Origin: the human T2T-CHM13v2.0 reference genome, Homo sapiens | NCBI RefSeq assembly: GCF_009914755.1 | Contig: NC_060938.1 | Length of the DNA stretch: 64,000 bases | Reading direction: 5' to 3' (one strand) | Part shown: positions 27,678-42,258 of the stretch, one piece after another | Layout: every line of letters begins with the position of its first letter | How positions within the stretch are numbered: the first letter of the stretch is position 1 | The notes under the pieces: model-generated | The model's database searches: none | Seen by the model: the letters and a program-made list of their open reading frames with translations, nothing else | What the model was told of the DNA's origin: nothing | Program-made: the position numbers and the translations under genes

Positions 27678-28068
27678 TCATTTATACTAAACATGGTAAA
27701 GTGTGCACATTGTTTATTTATTGATATTCCCCTATAAATTATTAAGCCTCCTTTATTAAGTTCTTGGCACAACTAAAGCAGTAATTGGAGAAGCTGTTAG
27801 TTATCATAAAGACCTTTCTCACTGTACTTTTTCTGTAAGTTTCAAGATCATGTCTAATATAAAAGGTCTGATGGTCAAATCAGGGCAGGAAAGCAGAGGA
27901 GTCAGTGTGGGGCAGGAGTGAGTTCAGGAGTACAGGGAGTCTGGTTCATTGTCTGAAGGCCTGACCTACATTGCCCCTAGGATATAGGAAGAAGGACAAG
28001 GCATTTCAGAGAAACTAGTGGCCAGAGAAGTTACTACCATAATTTGCTACTATATCTTCCCTGTCTTA

Positions 28069-28371
28069 TTTTTTTTTTTTTTTTTTTTTTTTGAGACAAG
28101 AGTCTCGCTCTGTCGCCAGGCTGGAGTGCAGTGCGCTATCTGAGCTCACTGCAGCCTCTGACTTCTGGGTTCAAGCAATTCTCCTGCCTCAGTTTCCTGA
28201 GTAGCTGGGACTACAGGCTCACACCACCACGCCCAGCTAATTTTTGTATTTTTAGTAGAGATGGGATTTCACCATGTTGGCCAGGATGGTCTCGATGTCT
28301 TGACCTCATGATCCACCCGCCTTGGCCTCCCAAAGTGCTGGGATTACAGGTGTGAGCCACCACGCCCAGCC
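28069..28371 (-). mobile_element. AluSc
   Basis: tgtcgccagg, gacctcatgatcc; TSD tcttccctg(t/c)ctt. Confidence 0.88.
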
Positions 28372-28824
28372 TCTTCCCTGCCTTTTAGTTAGCATATGCC
28401 CTTCTTCTCCCCCTTGTAGAAGCAGTAGGGGACAGAAATGATAAGTCATATATGGCCGGTGAGTTTTTCTTCCAAAGACTGGTCCACACTAGAGGGTGCA
28501 GCCTCCACAGACACTGGGAATTGCTCCTGACCTATGGAAAACAACTTTCTTTCCAAGAAAATTATTTTTAGTCCTTTGGTGTAAAGACACAGTCCTGAGT
28601 TGTTTTCACTTACTGAATTCTATAACTAGGAATGAAACACTATACTCTTGCTAAAAATGACCTTTTTTCTTTCAGAATTTTTAGGGAAAAAAAATCATAA
28701 TTCTCTCATTTGTAGTTTCAAAATTATTAGGCCCTTAGAACATTTTATAGCCAAACATTTGCCTTGGAATTAACATCTCCAGTCTGATGACTTTCACTAC
28801 TGTTCTCTAGTGTCTCATGCTTAA

Positions 28825-29231
<407 letters not shown>

Positions 29232-29569
29232 CCATTCTTTCTTTTCTGATTCCACTACCACTGCCCAGGTTTTAAATACATCTGTATTTGCCATAACAAC
29301 TTTAAAATAATTTTTTATTATAAAAGGTAATACATGCTCAGTTTATAAAATTTGGAGAATATAGATAAGGAAGAAAATAAGTTGTAATTCAGAAATAAAT
29401 GCTACTTATAGTCTGGATTTTTACTTCTAGTCTTCAGGAATGTCTTTTCACTTGTGTTTGTGTGTGTATGTGTTTAAAGAAATTTGGATCTACTCTATAC
29501 AGTTTCATATTGTGATTTTTGCTACCACGATTTTTTTTACTTGAGATATTAGCGTGTTCCTATATCATT

Positions 29570-29892
29570 ATTTTTCTTTTCTTTTCTTTTTTTTTTTTTG
29601 AGATGGAGTCTCACTCTGTCACCCAGGCTTGAGTGCAGTGGCATGATCTCTTCTCACCGCAACCTCTGCCTCCCAGGTTCAAGCAATTCTCTTGCCTCAG
29701 CCTCCTGAGTAGCTGGGACTACAGGTGCCTGCCACCACGCCTGGCTAATTTTTTTTTTTTTTTTTTGTATTTTTAGTAGACATAGGGTTTCACCATGTTA
29801 GCCAGGCTGGTCTCGGTCTCCTAACCTCGTGATCCACCCGCCTCAGCCTCCCAAAGTGTTGGGGTTACAGGCGTGAGCCACCACGCCCGGAC
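29570..29892 (-). mobile_element. AluS
   Basis: Dimeric Alu with a long middle T tract. Confidence 0.88.
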
Positions 29893-31100
29893 TATTTTTC
29901 AAAAAATGTTAATGCATACGTAATATTGTCTTACTTAGGGCAAAATTTATTTAACAATATTGTTAGCCATTTAGATCTCCTTTTTCAGTATTAAAAACAA
30001 TGCTTGATTTTCAGTATTCACAGTATAATGTAGTGAGTAAGAAAATGGGCTTTGGCAGTTGAAAAACTATGGTTTGAATTCTTGTTCTGCCATTTATTTC
30101 TAGGCCTCAATTCAATCATAGGCCTCGGTTTCTTTCTTGTAAAATGAGTATTATGGTACTTACCAACAGACTTGTGGCAATTTAAATGAGATGTGTGCGA
30201 CGTACTCATTTACACATAGCTTGGCACCTAGTGAGTTCTAATAAATATTGACTGCTATTATGATAGCCACCTGTCATTAATCATCTGCAATTGTTTTGTT
30301 GTATAGTTCCCAGAAGCTAGATTGTAGTATCAAAGTATACAAATATTGTAATATATTTTAATAAGGTATTGCCAGTTGATTTCTAGGAAGATTCTACCAA
30401 TTTATAGTCACACAAGTAGTATAAGTACCTAATTTCACCCTTTGCCATTTGTGGATACTATCTTTAAATATTGTATACCAAAGTGATATGCAAAAATGAT
30501 GTCTTGTAACTTGCATTTCTTTGTAATTTGCGTGTCTTTCTTATAATTTACATTTACCAGTAGAAATGATGACTAGTTTTACATGTTTAATTGGCTAATT
30601 GTATTCCTTCTTTGTACATTATTTATTGAAGTCCATGACTATTTTTCTCCTAACCGTCTTTTTTCTTTCTAAATCAGTGGGTTCTTTGTGTATTATAATA
30701 ATGTTATTTATAACTAAAATTTACTGAGCATTTAGAACATTCAGATGAGGTAACAAGGGCAGAAAGACTAGTTCGCCTCGTTTCTTTGAACATTGTCTAC
30801 TCAGTAGATTCTTGCTGTTTTTGTTATCCGTCTTTGTTTTTCATAGACCCGGCACAGTCCAGTGCCCTGCACTTAGTAGGAGCAAAATAAATGCTTGTTA
30901 ACTTACACTGACACTGACCACTCTCACTTCTGCTCTTTGTGCACAGGAGCCATTCCTTCCTGAGTGCCTTTGTCACAGCCACAGCTTCAGCTCAGAGGGG
31001 TCAGCATCTGTTGGCCTTGACTTGATTTTGCCTATATGTTGTTAATGATGCTTTTTAAAAACTCTGTAAAGTCAGGTTATTTCCCTCGCTTTATTTCTAG

Positions 31101-31397
<297 letters not shown>

Positions 31398-34300
31398 TGA
31401 CTAAGAGAGCCTCATTTTATTTGTAAGACAGTTTTCAAGCATATCAAATGAAAAGGACATTTCTGAGATAGTTAAGAAAATCACCTTAGGGTAAAAGAGC
31501 AAGAATTTACACTATGTTTAAACCTTGCTTATAGTCATCATTTTTATGTGCCAACTTTTTGCACTTTGTCCTTGTCTCTTAGTTTTTTTTTTAATACCTT
31601 GTGTTGTTTATAGTTTTTTTTATACTACATTGTGTTTCAGTAACTGTAGACTCTGTTCTTTTGAAGGACATATTTGTTTCTTATTTTTTTATCTAGTTTC
31701 ATATAACTGAACTCAAACAACCTCGCTGAACAATGCTCATTTGGGAAGTGGGAAGGAAATTTCCTTTATGTAGTTGAGAGATGTGGCTAAAGATAAAATC
31801 CACGTAGCTTCCGGCAATAATGTAAGCAGCTTCCAAATTAAAAAAGAAACCACTGTATTGAATTCTGGTCTTGCTGTGTGTTTTAATTACCCCTGTATTA
31901 AAAAAAAAAAAAAAAAGAAATGGATTCCCAGCACATCTTGCTTTAGTGCCTATTAAATATGGATTAAATTGCATCAGTCCCTGAGTCGAATGCGCTAGAG
32001 AGAAATGTGACTGTTACAGTGAAGTATTTTGACCAGCTGAGATATTGTTCCCTCCAACCAAAGAAGTTTTACCACAGGTGCCCGACCAAGCCCTCACGCC
32101 CCATGCCAGTACTTCCAGCCTCTGCCTTTTAGTATGCTGCTTTGCCCTGAGATTCAGAGGGGGTACTGAAGACTTGGACATGGAGGAAATACCTAGTTGT
32201 TGGTAAAGTATCTATTGGTGTTAGAATTATTACTTAAGGAACTAATTTGGGAAGCAGAAGCTCTGCCCAGGAAGCAGCATAGATATAAGCACATTACATC
32301 ATCCTGCGGTACGGTGTCTTTCATACCGGTGATCATTGTGGTCGGGGCGAAAAGAATCATCTTAACTGAGAATTATAAAGAACCGAAGACCAAGACGCAG
32401 GACTTTTTAAAGCAGAGCATCCTCCACACAGTTCTCTCCCCAGGAGAAGTCTGCTGTAAAACATCAGTCATAAACAAGAAATTCTGTTTATACCATAGAG
32501 CTTTATTTTCCATAAAAAAATTTCCAGATATTCCATTTTCATTTTAAATTCAGAGCCTTGTTTTTATGGAAGACATTTTCACTGCAATTTTGGATATAAT
32601 GTCTGTATGACAAGGCTACAGGCATTGCTCCTACTGTAAACAAAATGTTAAAACCACACATTTTGGAGAAATTGAGTTTTAGCACTTTTTATACTTGTAG
32701 ATGGAATGAGGGAAAACATTTTTAATAACAATTGTGGCTGGGTTTAGAGCTTTCTTTTGGTAGCGCCTGTTAGTAGTGAGATGAAAGATGATGAGTTCGG
32801 TTAAGGATGTGCCAGGACCTAAGGTTCAGTACTGTGAGTGGCCTTCTCCCAGCCAGACTGCCCACGAGGCTGCGATAATGCTCATGGTGCATTACACGAT
32901 TTACTTCTGACCCATTCCAGCCAAAAAGCAATCCCCACAAAGTCCCCTGGTCTTTTCCTTTTCTTTTTACCCACAGCAGCCTTCTCTTTACCTCCTCTTC
33001 AAACACAAGAGCCAGTTTTCAAGTCCCATTTCAGTTCAGGGTAGCCCTGGGACATTTTCCTCTACCCCCAGGTGACCTCTGGTTGCCAGCACTGCCTGCA
33101 ACCTGAGCTTGAGAGTCCCAGTTCCACATGGAATTCCCAGAGGCACCCAACCTAAAGGAGCCCTGAGTGAATTCTCAGAGGTCTTTCCAGACTTGGCTGT
33201 GATATAGGCCGCAGCCAGACCTGCAGCATACAACCTGCACAGCCCAATGTCCTGGTTTCCATTTATACCTGGTAAGTCACTGTTTTGTGGATATTTAGTC
33301 TCTTGTTGTTCCTCCTTTAGTCGTAAGGATGACTAAGTTTAATGAATACAGGATTTGTAGCTTAGAGATCTGAGTTTTATTACTGGTTTGACATTAAGTG
33401 ACCCTAAGCTATTCATTTAATCTTTTTATTGGGTAAGCATACTTACATATGAAGTGGCCTGTTTTGAGAGCTTTTAGATTGCCTTTAAAGCACTTTGATC
33501 TCCCTGGAAGTAGGTGCTAGGTAAATAAAAGTCACTCTCAATAGTTTTTCTACAGTAGCAACAGTGGATTCCAGTTTAGTTCTGATAATTCACTAAACTA
33601 GGGGCTGCCTTGTAAACTGTAATAAAATGTAAAGAGAATCCCATTGCTAGCTGTACTTTTCATCTCTGCATGTCAGAGAATTCACTGACTTGGTAGCCAC
33701 AGGAATGAAAACTGGTGACTCACAAGAACTCTGCAAATGGTGTTATTTTTCATTTCCCTATGGTGTTGCTATTGTTCCCAATTTTATGGATCACACAAGT
33801 TTTCATCAAACGACCTTGTTCTCCCGCTGTTTTGACATCACCCCAAATGTAGCCTCAGGGTTGTCGTCTCCCATTGGGTCAGTGTAAGCTCAGCCCAGCG
33901 CCTCAAATCCCTTGGTTCCTTTGGTCTGTCTGGAGTCCTATTCAGGCTTTGTTGTGGGAGAAGAAGGCAAAGAGCCCACGACTTGCCCAGACAGTCTGAG
34001 GCCTGGCCATGTAGCTTGCAGTTCCCTAGACACTCTGGAGTTGGACTTGGCCAGCCATCCCTCTGTTGTTACTTTTCAGAGGTAATAAGTGAGATTAATT
34101 GCAGGCCATTCTCCGGAAGAGAAAGTAGTTAGAGCCAAATACAGTCACATGTTTAGAAGCCTGAGGTGTGCCTCCAAGCAAGGCCGACTTAGAATTATAC
34201 AGTAGGGACTCCAGGATGCAGGTACCAAGTGTTTATGACCTCTCTCTTCCTTAAAGTGATGTTTTCAGTTTCTAGGTGCTGATACGTGGGTGTGTTAACT

Positions 34301-35549
34301 TTTCTTTAGCCAATGAGAAAGATTAGATTTTTCAAGCTGCCTTTTAATTATCCATTTTTGGGGTACATGGGAAGTCATTAGGAGCTGAAAGTTGATGTGC
34401 AGAGCCATCTCATCATTACTGCCAGCCTTCCATGGAATTGGACTGCATCAGGGAGGATTTTCTAGGTGTGGAGCACTCAGTGGGTTCTTAGTGCGTTTTT
34501 CTTTGTGAGACATGGAAGGGTTACTGTAAAGTCTTGGCTGCTGCTTGGAATGATTTGGGAAGAACAGGGCCTCAGACAGCTTGGCAGGAACCTGAGGCCC
34601 TGTTTTTTTCCAGTCCAGCCCTTCCTTGTGGATCGAGCTGTCAGGGAATCCCACGAATGTCTGGCTCCTGCCCCTTTGTATGTTTTTCCAGCATTTGTCA
34701 TTGAATTATTTTTATCCACCTCTGGCTTTTTCACACATGCATCCTGGGCATTTGTCTGTTCCTCGATATGAAAGATGGGAGAATTTGCAGAAAGAGCACA
34801 GCTGTGAGTTTGTTCCTACTTTTTTGTGATAGGACAAGACATTGTGGGCATGGGCTGCTCCACCTGGCCAGCTCCCATTGTCTAGAGAACATCTGTATGA
34901 ACTTGAAATGCCACCGAGGAGTGGGAAATCTTGAGAAGTTGGAACCATTTTCGATGTCACCCTGTCCTTCTGCCCTCTTATTCAACAATAGATTATAAAT
35001 AGCTTGGTATTCTGCTTTGCGTAATTTTAAGGTACACATTTTTCAGAGATTCTGATTCTAGTTTAGTTAATAATACTTTCCTCCCTTCTTTTAGATGATT
35101 CTTAGAAATGTTGCTGGAGATTCAGGTCTCTAACTTCTCATCTTTTCATTCTCAGTCAGTCCTCAGAAATACTGAATTTGTTAATTTCCTTTAAAAATAT
35201 GTCTTATGCATTTTCTATATGTCAGGCATTGTGTTAGTTGCTGGGGAGGAGCAGTAAATAAAACAGAATGGTTCCCAATCTCAAAATTTACTCTCTAGGG
35301 TATATCTTCCATGTTCTCAGCACAGTATTGGGTGCTGGGTAGGGCCTAAAAGACTTTTGAAGACATAATGTTTGATCACTAAGAGGCTACTGTCTGGCAG
35401 GGAAAGGGAGTGTATACACATGAAACAATCAGAGCAGTGGCAGGGGGCATATGACAAAGATCTGAATTTTATGGGATAGACAATTTGAAGAAAGGGTGTC
35501 AAGAAGGGCAGTCAGTCCTGTCCCGGATGTAAGGAGTCAGTCCTGTCCC

Positions 35550-35865
35550 GGATGAACCTTGAGGGTCGTATGCTCAGTGAAGCCAGCCAGTCACAAAAGG
35601 ACAAATCCATTCATACGAAACATCTAAAGTAGTCAAAATCATAGAAACAGAAAGTAGAAAGGTGGTTGCCAAGGGCTGGGGGAAGAGGGGAGGGGGAATT
35701 AGTGTTTAATGGGTATAGAGTTTCAGTTGTGAAAGATGAAAATGTTCTAGAAATCTGTTGCAGAATGATGTGAATGCACTTAACACTCCTGAACTATACA
35801 TGTAAAAATGGTTAAGATGGTACATTTAAAATTATGTGTTTTTTTTTTTTTTTTAAACAAAGAAG
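35550..35865 (+). mobile_element. L1MB-type 3' end fragment
   Basis: ggatgaaccttga...cagtcacaaaagg...gggtatagagtttcagtt...aaaatggttaagatgg. Confidence 0.8.
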
Positions 35866-37404
35866 AGTATGTAAGGATTTAAGAGAGCTCCATAGTTCCA
35901 CAAAAATTACTTAGTGGCCAAATGGCAAGGTTTTGTTTTTATCCTCTGCCTCTGTTATAAGGGAATTATTCTGAACATAGTCCTTTAAATACTTCTCTTT
36001 CTTGAAAAGCATGTTACCTTTATAGGAAATGGGCCCAGCAATTTCTGTTAGGAAGATGGCATAGTATGGTGGGAAGAGAAGGGACTTTAGAGTCAGACAG
36101 ACCTAGGTTTGCCTTATTAAGTGTGTGACCTTGGGCAAGTTGCTTAGCTTTTCTGAACCATAATTTCCCCATCTTTTTTTCAATGCACATAGTTAAACCC
36201 ACCTCATTAAGTTGTTGTAAGATTAAACTGAGTTGTGTATGTGAAAGTGGCCAGCATGGTTTTTACTTTTTACTTTTTTGGTGTAGGTTTCTTGGTAACT
36301 CTCAGTTCCCTTTCCAGAAAAAAGAAAGAAAGAAAGAAACTTAAAATTGAACTTGCTTGGGATATGGTATTGCTCACCACTTAGTTTAGTACCTAGTTTA
36401 CATCACTCTGGCCATCACCCTGTGCAGTACGCTCCTGGGACTGGATAACAGAAATCTGGCCTTTCTAGCCGAGGATGGGAAGGCATCAGAGTGGGGCCAA
36501 CAAGAGACTCTTCCTTTTTCTTTGACCCCTTGGTTGGAGGTCAGCTTCTTTCTACTCAGCAGGCCCTTTTTCTCTGCTGTCTCCTGAATGTTGAAATTTC
36601 CATTGCAGCTCAATGTTCCAGCCAGTAAACACTCATATTTTCCATCTATCCTGGGGGTCGAGCTTTGGGAGAGCTTTTCTCTGGAGCAGTTTGGAGCTTA
36701 TAATTTTGTACTTTATCCTGTTATATAAACAATGCTTTCCAGCCAAAGAGCACAATCAAAGAGAAACTACTTTTTGTGGGGGGGACTAAAAAAAATTCAT
36801 ATTCAGAGTCCTGTAGAAGTGATATTTCACTCCTTATGCCTCTTTCTTCTCTTTCATAAAATAAAGTTTACCTCACCTTTCTCCTGAGTCTTAACTCTCA
36901 CTATTCCTTCCCCTGAGGAAAACGATTTCTCCAGTACATGTATGATAAAGGCCTGTACTTCCATCTGAATTTTCTCTGCTACTTTTCTCACTCAGCCAGA
37001 CACGTAACCTCTCAAGAGTTATACGCTGCATCAGTTCAAGCTCTGTGACAGATTCTACAGTTCCTCCTTCACCGAGAGAGCTGAGTGCTGTCAGTGTTTG
37101 TGCCAAGAGCAAAAGTGATTGGCTTCTGCCTAATAAAGGAACGTTGGGAAGCTTAGGAAATCTGTCAAAGATAGCTGGCTGGACGTCATACCAGGGCCTA
37201 GGTAGCATAGGTTCGGGAACCTGGGGCCGAGTGTCAGGAGTGAAAAACGTGGATCTTTCTTATCCACAAGTCAGAATAAAGCATGGAATGCAGTGTTTGC
37301 AGTTTGCCAGTGTCAGTTTTTCTAGTTAAGTTTGCCTCTCTCACTCCACTCCACACTGCTTTGAAGTATTAATGATAAACCACCTTCTATTTCCTTAGGA
37401 TACG

Positions 37405-37407
<3 letters not shown>

Positions 37408-37455
<48 letters not shown>
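37408..37455. repeat. (AC)24 microsatellite
   Basis: Pure dinucleotide run. Confidence 0.95.
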
Positions 37456-37458
<3 letters not shown>

Positions 37459-38839
37459 TCTTTGTTAGAGGCAAAACCTATGTGAATATACTTACACTCC
37501 TGAACTGTACACATAAAAATGGTTATGATGGTACATTTTAAATTATGTGTGTGTTTTTTTAACTACAACGTTAAAAAAAAAAGAGTATGTAAGGATTTAA
37601 AAGAGAACCCCATAGTTTCACAAAAATTATTTACTGGTCAAATAATTTTTTTATTTAACTGTTTAATCTTATTTAACTGTTTACTTTATAATTTTGTAAC
37701 TCTACAAAATGGATGATTATTTTGGTTTTAAGAGGCCTGGTTATGACAAAGTTCCTTACACTAAGCTAAATGAGACTCTGTTTTTAGAATTAGGAAATTA
37801 TAGGAGTTGTTTTATTTATAATTTAGTTTAATTCTCCTGGCATGGTTTTTCTATCAGCTTCTGTCCCTTCAAGTTAACTGGTTTACCAGCTTTGGAAGAG
37901 CCTGGGAAGATCACAGGCGTGATGAAACACAGTCTTTCTTTCTGACTCATGTAGAAGAACATTGATGATCCATATTTAAAGCTTACCTAGTATTGACTCA
38001 ACAAATTTAGAAGGAAAACCAGCCAGTTTTCCTGATCCTTTAACTAAAGATCTCATCCTACCCACCTGCCCTTCTCGCTGCTAAAAGACTCTCAGCGTAT
38101 TACCTACCCAGTACAGCTAAGAAATCAATGCTCTTTTTTAAGAGGTCTCAGGAGTTAAGATGCTAATAAGAAAAAACTCCCTGTATTTATGCTTTCATAA
38201 AATAAAACTATAGAACTATATATCTGCAAAGGAATAAAAGTCCTCTCTTTCCTGAAGCTGCTTTGTGGGACAAAGTTTTGGTATAGGCTCTTAGTAGCTA
38301 AGTCTTAGTTCCCTTTTTTTGAAAGAAACAAAATTGTACTTGCTTGGTATATGGTATTTGCTACACTGGGACACAGTTTAGAGTCAACTGGCCGTAACTC
38401 ACGTACAATAAAATACAGTATTATAGCAGGGAAAGCAGTAATATGTAATCACAATACTAAGGTTGACATTATTTATTTATATTGTGAAGTAAGTACCCAC
38501 TTATTAAAACTGTTATTATAAATCATTAAAATGCTCGTAAAGAAAGATAATTAGGAAAAGCCAAATTTTAAATGTTTATTTAAATAGGGAGCCAACTGTT
38601 CTTTGGGTGATGTGTGCAAAGCTAGTGAGAGAGGCAGTGTATGAGAGCTTAGGGATTTGAAATGTCACAACATATGGCAGGCCCAGGTGTTCATTATAAG
38701 TTACAAACTCTCGTCCTGCTTGGACCATTCGTATGCTTCAGGAGCAGTAAAGGGACTACTCATGGTTTTCATGAATTATCAAGCTAAGATTCATATTAAT
38801 TTCACTTCAGAGCCAATAATCAATACCACATTTGGCTTG

Positions 38840-38843
<4 letters not shown>

Positions 38844-38882
<39 letters not shown>

Positions 38883-39159
38883 AAACAAGGTCTCACTCTG
38901 TCACCAGGCTGAAGCTCATTGGCATGATCACAGCTCACTGCAGCCTCTGCCTCCTCAGGCTCAAGCGATCCTCCCTCAGCCTCCCAAGTAGCTGGGACTA
39001 CATGTGTGCACCACCATGCCTGGCTAATTTTTGTATTTTTTGTAGAGAGGGGGTTTCACCATGTTCCCAGACTGGTCTTGAACTCCCAGGCTAAAGCAGT
39101 CCACCCGCCTCAGTCTCCCAAAGTGCTGGGATTACAGGTGTGAGCCACTGTGCCCGACC
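38844..39159 (-). mobile_element. AluJ with a long (~38) T tract
   Basis: Dimeric Alu with J-type ctcaagcgatcctcc. Confidence 0.88.
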
Positions 39160-39352
39160 TGGCCTGGCTGATCTTAAAAATAAGTTTTGCTATCTTTCTG
39201 TGATGAGAATGAAATATGGGTGCATCTCAATGATGTGACTATAATTTAAAAGGATTTAGATGAGAAAAGCAGGCTTTCTGGCATAGTAGGTAAGGCAGCC
39301 ATAAAGAGGTTAGTAAATTGGATATACTTAAAGGCTAGAGGAAATCAAATCA

Positions 39353-39790
39353 CAATTGACCCTTGAATAACTCAGGTTTGAGCTGCTCGAATCTACTTAT
39401 ATGTGGCTTTTCTTCCATCATCTGCCACCCCTGAGACAGCAAGACAAACCCCTTCTCTTCCTCCTCCTCCTCGGCTTACTTAACCTGAGGATGACGAGAA
39501 TGAAGACCTTTATGCTGATTCACTTCTGCTTAATGAATAGTAAATATATTTCTCTTCCTTATGATTTTCTCAATAAATTTTTTATTCTCTAGCTTACTTT
39601 TTAGTAAGAATACAGTCCCATAATACATATATCATATACCATATGTGTTAATTACTGTTTATCCGTAAGGCTTCCGGTCAACAATAGGCTATTAGTAGTT
39701 GAGTTTTTGTGGGGGGTCAGAAGTTGTACCTGAATTTTCGACTGTGCAGGGGTTGGCACCCCAACCCCTGTATTGTTCAAGGGTCAACTG
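39353..39790. mobile_element. Tigger2a (MER28-like) non-autonomous DNA transposon
   Basis: TIRs caattgacccttgaataa ... ttgttcaagggtcaactg followed by TA; internal ctgccacccctgagacagcaagac. Confidence 0.85.
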
Positions 39791-40458
39791 TACATTCTTT
39801 TGAAACTGGGTTGCACCAAGTAAAACTAAGTAAATGAAAGACCCTGCCTATACTGTTGAATACTCTCAAATATCTTACTAGCTGCTTGAGCCCAGTACTG
39901 ACATTTGAAATATAAGCTTCAAAAAGAGTTTTGTTACCTTCTTCAACAAATATTTAGTAAATTAAAATATGTGCAAAAGCAAGGGTGAAACTGGTAGTAA
40001 GTAATGTTTCAGCTAGGAAATGATTTCATCTGATAGTTGTTACAGTAATGTTATCCTCAAAAAGTTAACATGTAAAATTACTGAATATCTCCTCAGTGTG
40101 AGAGACTGGGCCCTGAAGGAGGTATCAGACAAATCCCTGTCCTCAAGAAGGAAAATTACTGATCATAAAATTTACTAATGCAAGTACTATAAAGCAATAT
40201 GTGCTTAATTATTGAATAGGAAGATGAAAACCTTTTCTTAAGTGGTGAGAGTTCCGAGGAGAAATTTATCACTCTGGCTGGAGAAGCTGGCGAAAACTTC
40301 ATGGAAAAGAAAAGGTGTGAGTTGAACCTGGAAGGGTAGATGGGGCTTGGATAGGCCAACAGGCTGATATTCATCACTTAAGAGATAATTGCACATATAT
40401 TTGGTGCTTGGCACTATGTGAGAATCTGAGAGGATCAAAGAATTGTAATCCATACTCT

Positions 40459-40680
40459 TAGTAATAGCTCATTATTGACCAGAAGCCTTATGGATAAACA
40501 GTAATTAACACATATGGTATATAATGTATGTATTATATACTGTATTCTTACTAAAAAGTAAGCTAGAGAATAAAAAAATTTATTGAGAAAATCATAAGGA
40601 AGAGAAATACATTTACTATTCATTAAGCAGAAGTGAATCATCATAAAGGTCTTCATTCTTGCCATCCTCAGGTTGAGTAA
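40459..40680 (-). repeat. Inverted internal copy of the neighbouring Tigger2a (matches 39476-39697)
   Basis: Reverse complement aligns over 222 bp with about 17 differences by hand count; no TIRs. Confidence 0.9.
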
Positions 40681-41494
40681 TACTGTCCTATACATTTACT
40701 TTTTTTTTTTTTTTCATGTAACACAGAAAGCGAGTGATTTTAAAAGAGCATATGGGTTCAGATGAGTTCACAATTCAAAAAAGATACTAAAGACTTGGGT
40801 GAAAAGATAAGGTTCTGCAGAGGAAGAGTTTAAGGTAGGGTGTAAATTCAGTCCCAGGTGTATAGGCTACGGATAGGTTAAGAAATGGAACAAAAAAGAA
40901 GATAATGTGCAAGATATTTAAGGTATTTGCAGGGACAGTAAGTGGGAGCCAGTCTGGCTCAGACAGTGTGTCAGAAATAATGTATTAGTCAAAACACTTG
41001 GAGTTTCAAGTGATAGAAACTGAAATCAAGCTGGCATATCCGTAAAGGAGATTTTTTAGTTCATATAAAAGCCTAGAAGTTGGTGTGGGGGAATTAGGAA
41101 GTATCATTAATCATTCTCCTTTCTTCCAAGTTCACAACTAAATGAGAAATAGTAGAAAAGTTAGAGAAATAGTGAGATATTGGCTGTATTGCTAAGGATA
41201 AATTGTTGGGGATATAGCATAATTAGGCTTCTACCTCTCAAGTCTGAGTCTTTCTAATTTGTTTTCTGTATTCTAAATATTTCCTGTATTGACATTTTGG
41301 TCACTTGGATAATTAAAACAAATTTTTTCAAGAAGAAGGAAAAGGATCCAACACACCACAATGTGAAAAACAAAAACAAAAACAAAAATTGTGGCCTGAT
41401 TTCCAAAGTGAGCACCTGCATCTGGGTCCAGTCCACCTTACCACTTGCATTCTTCTTCATAAGTTCAGTGTCAGCCAAGTCAACAGATCAAAAG

Positions 41495-41730
41495 TAAGCC
41501 TATTATTGTACAACATGGTGACTATAATTAATAACAATGTATTATATACTTGAAAATCACTAAGAGAGTAGATTTTAACTCTTCTCAGCACACACAAAAA
41601 TATGTAAGGTAAAGCATGTGTTAATTAGCTCAATTTAGCCATCCCACAATGTATAACATATTCCAAAACATCATGGTGTATACCATAAATATATACAGTT
41701 TTTATTTTTTCATTAAAATAATTAATGAAA
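41495..41730 (+). mobile_element. L1MA/MB 3' end fragment
   Basis: tgtacaacatggtgactata, taagagagtagatttta, gtataccataaatatata. Confidence 0.75.
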
Positions 41731-42097
41731 CATGAAAGATAATATTTTGGAACACAAATATATAAGCCTTGTATATTTTCCCATCACCACATCCTCACTT
41801 ATGCCATTCTGTAGCACTTATTCTATTTGTTTACTGTTTACTTTCTATCACTCTTTCACTTAAGTGTATGTTGTCTTATTCATTATTGTATCCCAGTGCC
41901 TTGGTAAGCAGTAGGAACTTATTGATGTACAAATATTGAGTAAAAGCATGAGTGAATGGATATCCTGTTCTCGCACAGGGCTCAGTTTATTGCAGTCTTC
42001 CTGCAACCTTCCCTGATGTCCCAAGCAGATCTTATTAGGATTTCTCATCCTTAATGCCTTTCATCTATTGGAATCATGCTCCTGAGAGATATAATTC

Positions 42098-42258
42098 ACC
42101 ATGATGTCCAGTATGGTAGCCACGAGCCACATGTGTATATTTAAGTTTTAATTAAAATTAAATAAAATGAAAATTTCAGTTTCTCAGTCATAAAAGCCAC
42201 AAGTCAAAAGCTCAAAACGAGCTTACGTGGCTCATGACTACCATATTGGACAGCTCAG
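42098..42258. mobile_element. MER3/MER33-like hAT element
   Basis: tgtccagtatggtagccac ... gtggctcatgactaccatattggaca inverted ends. Confidence 0.7.
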
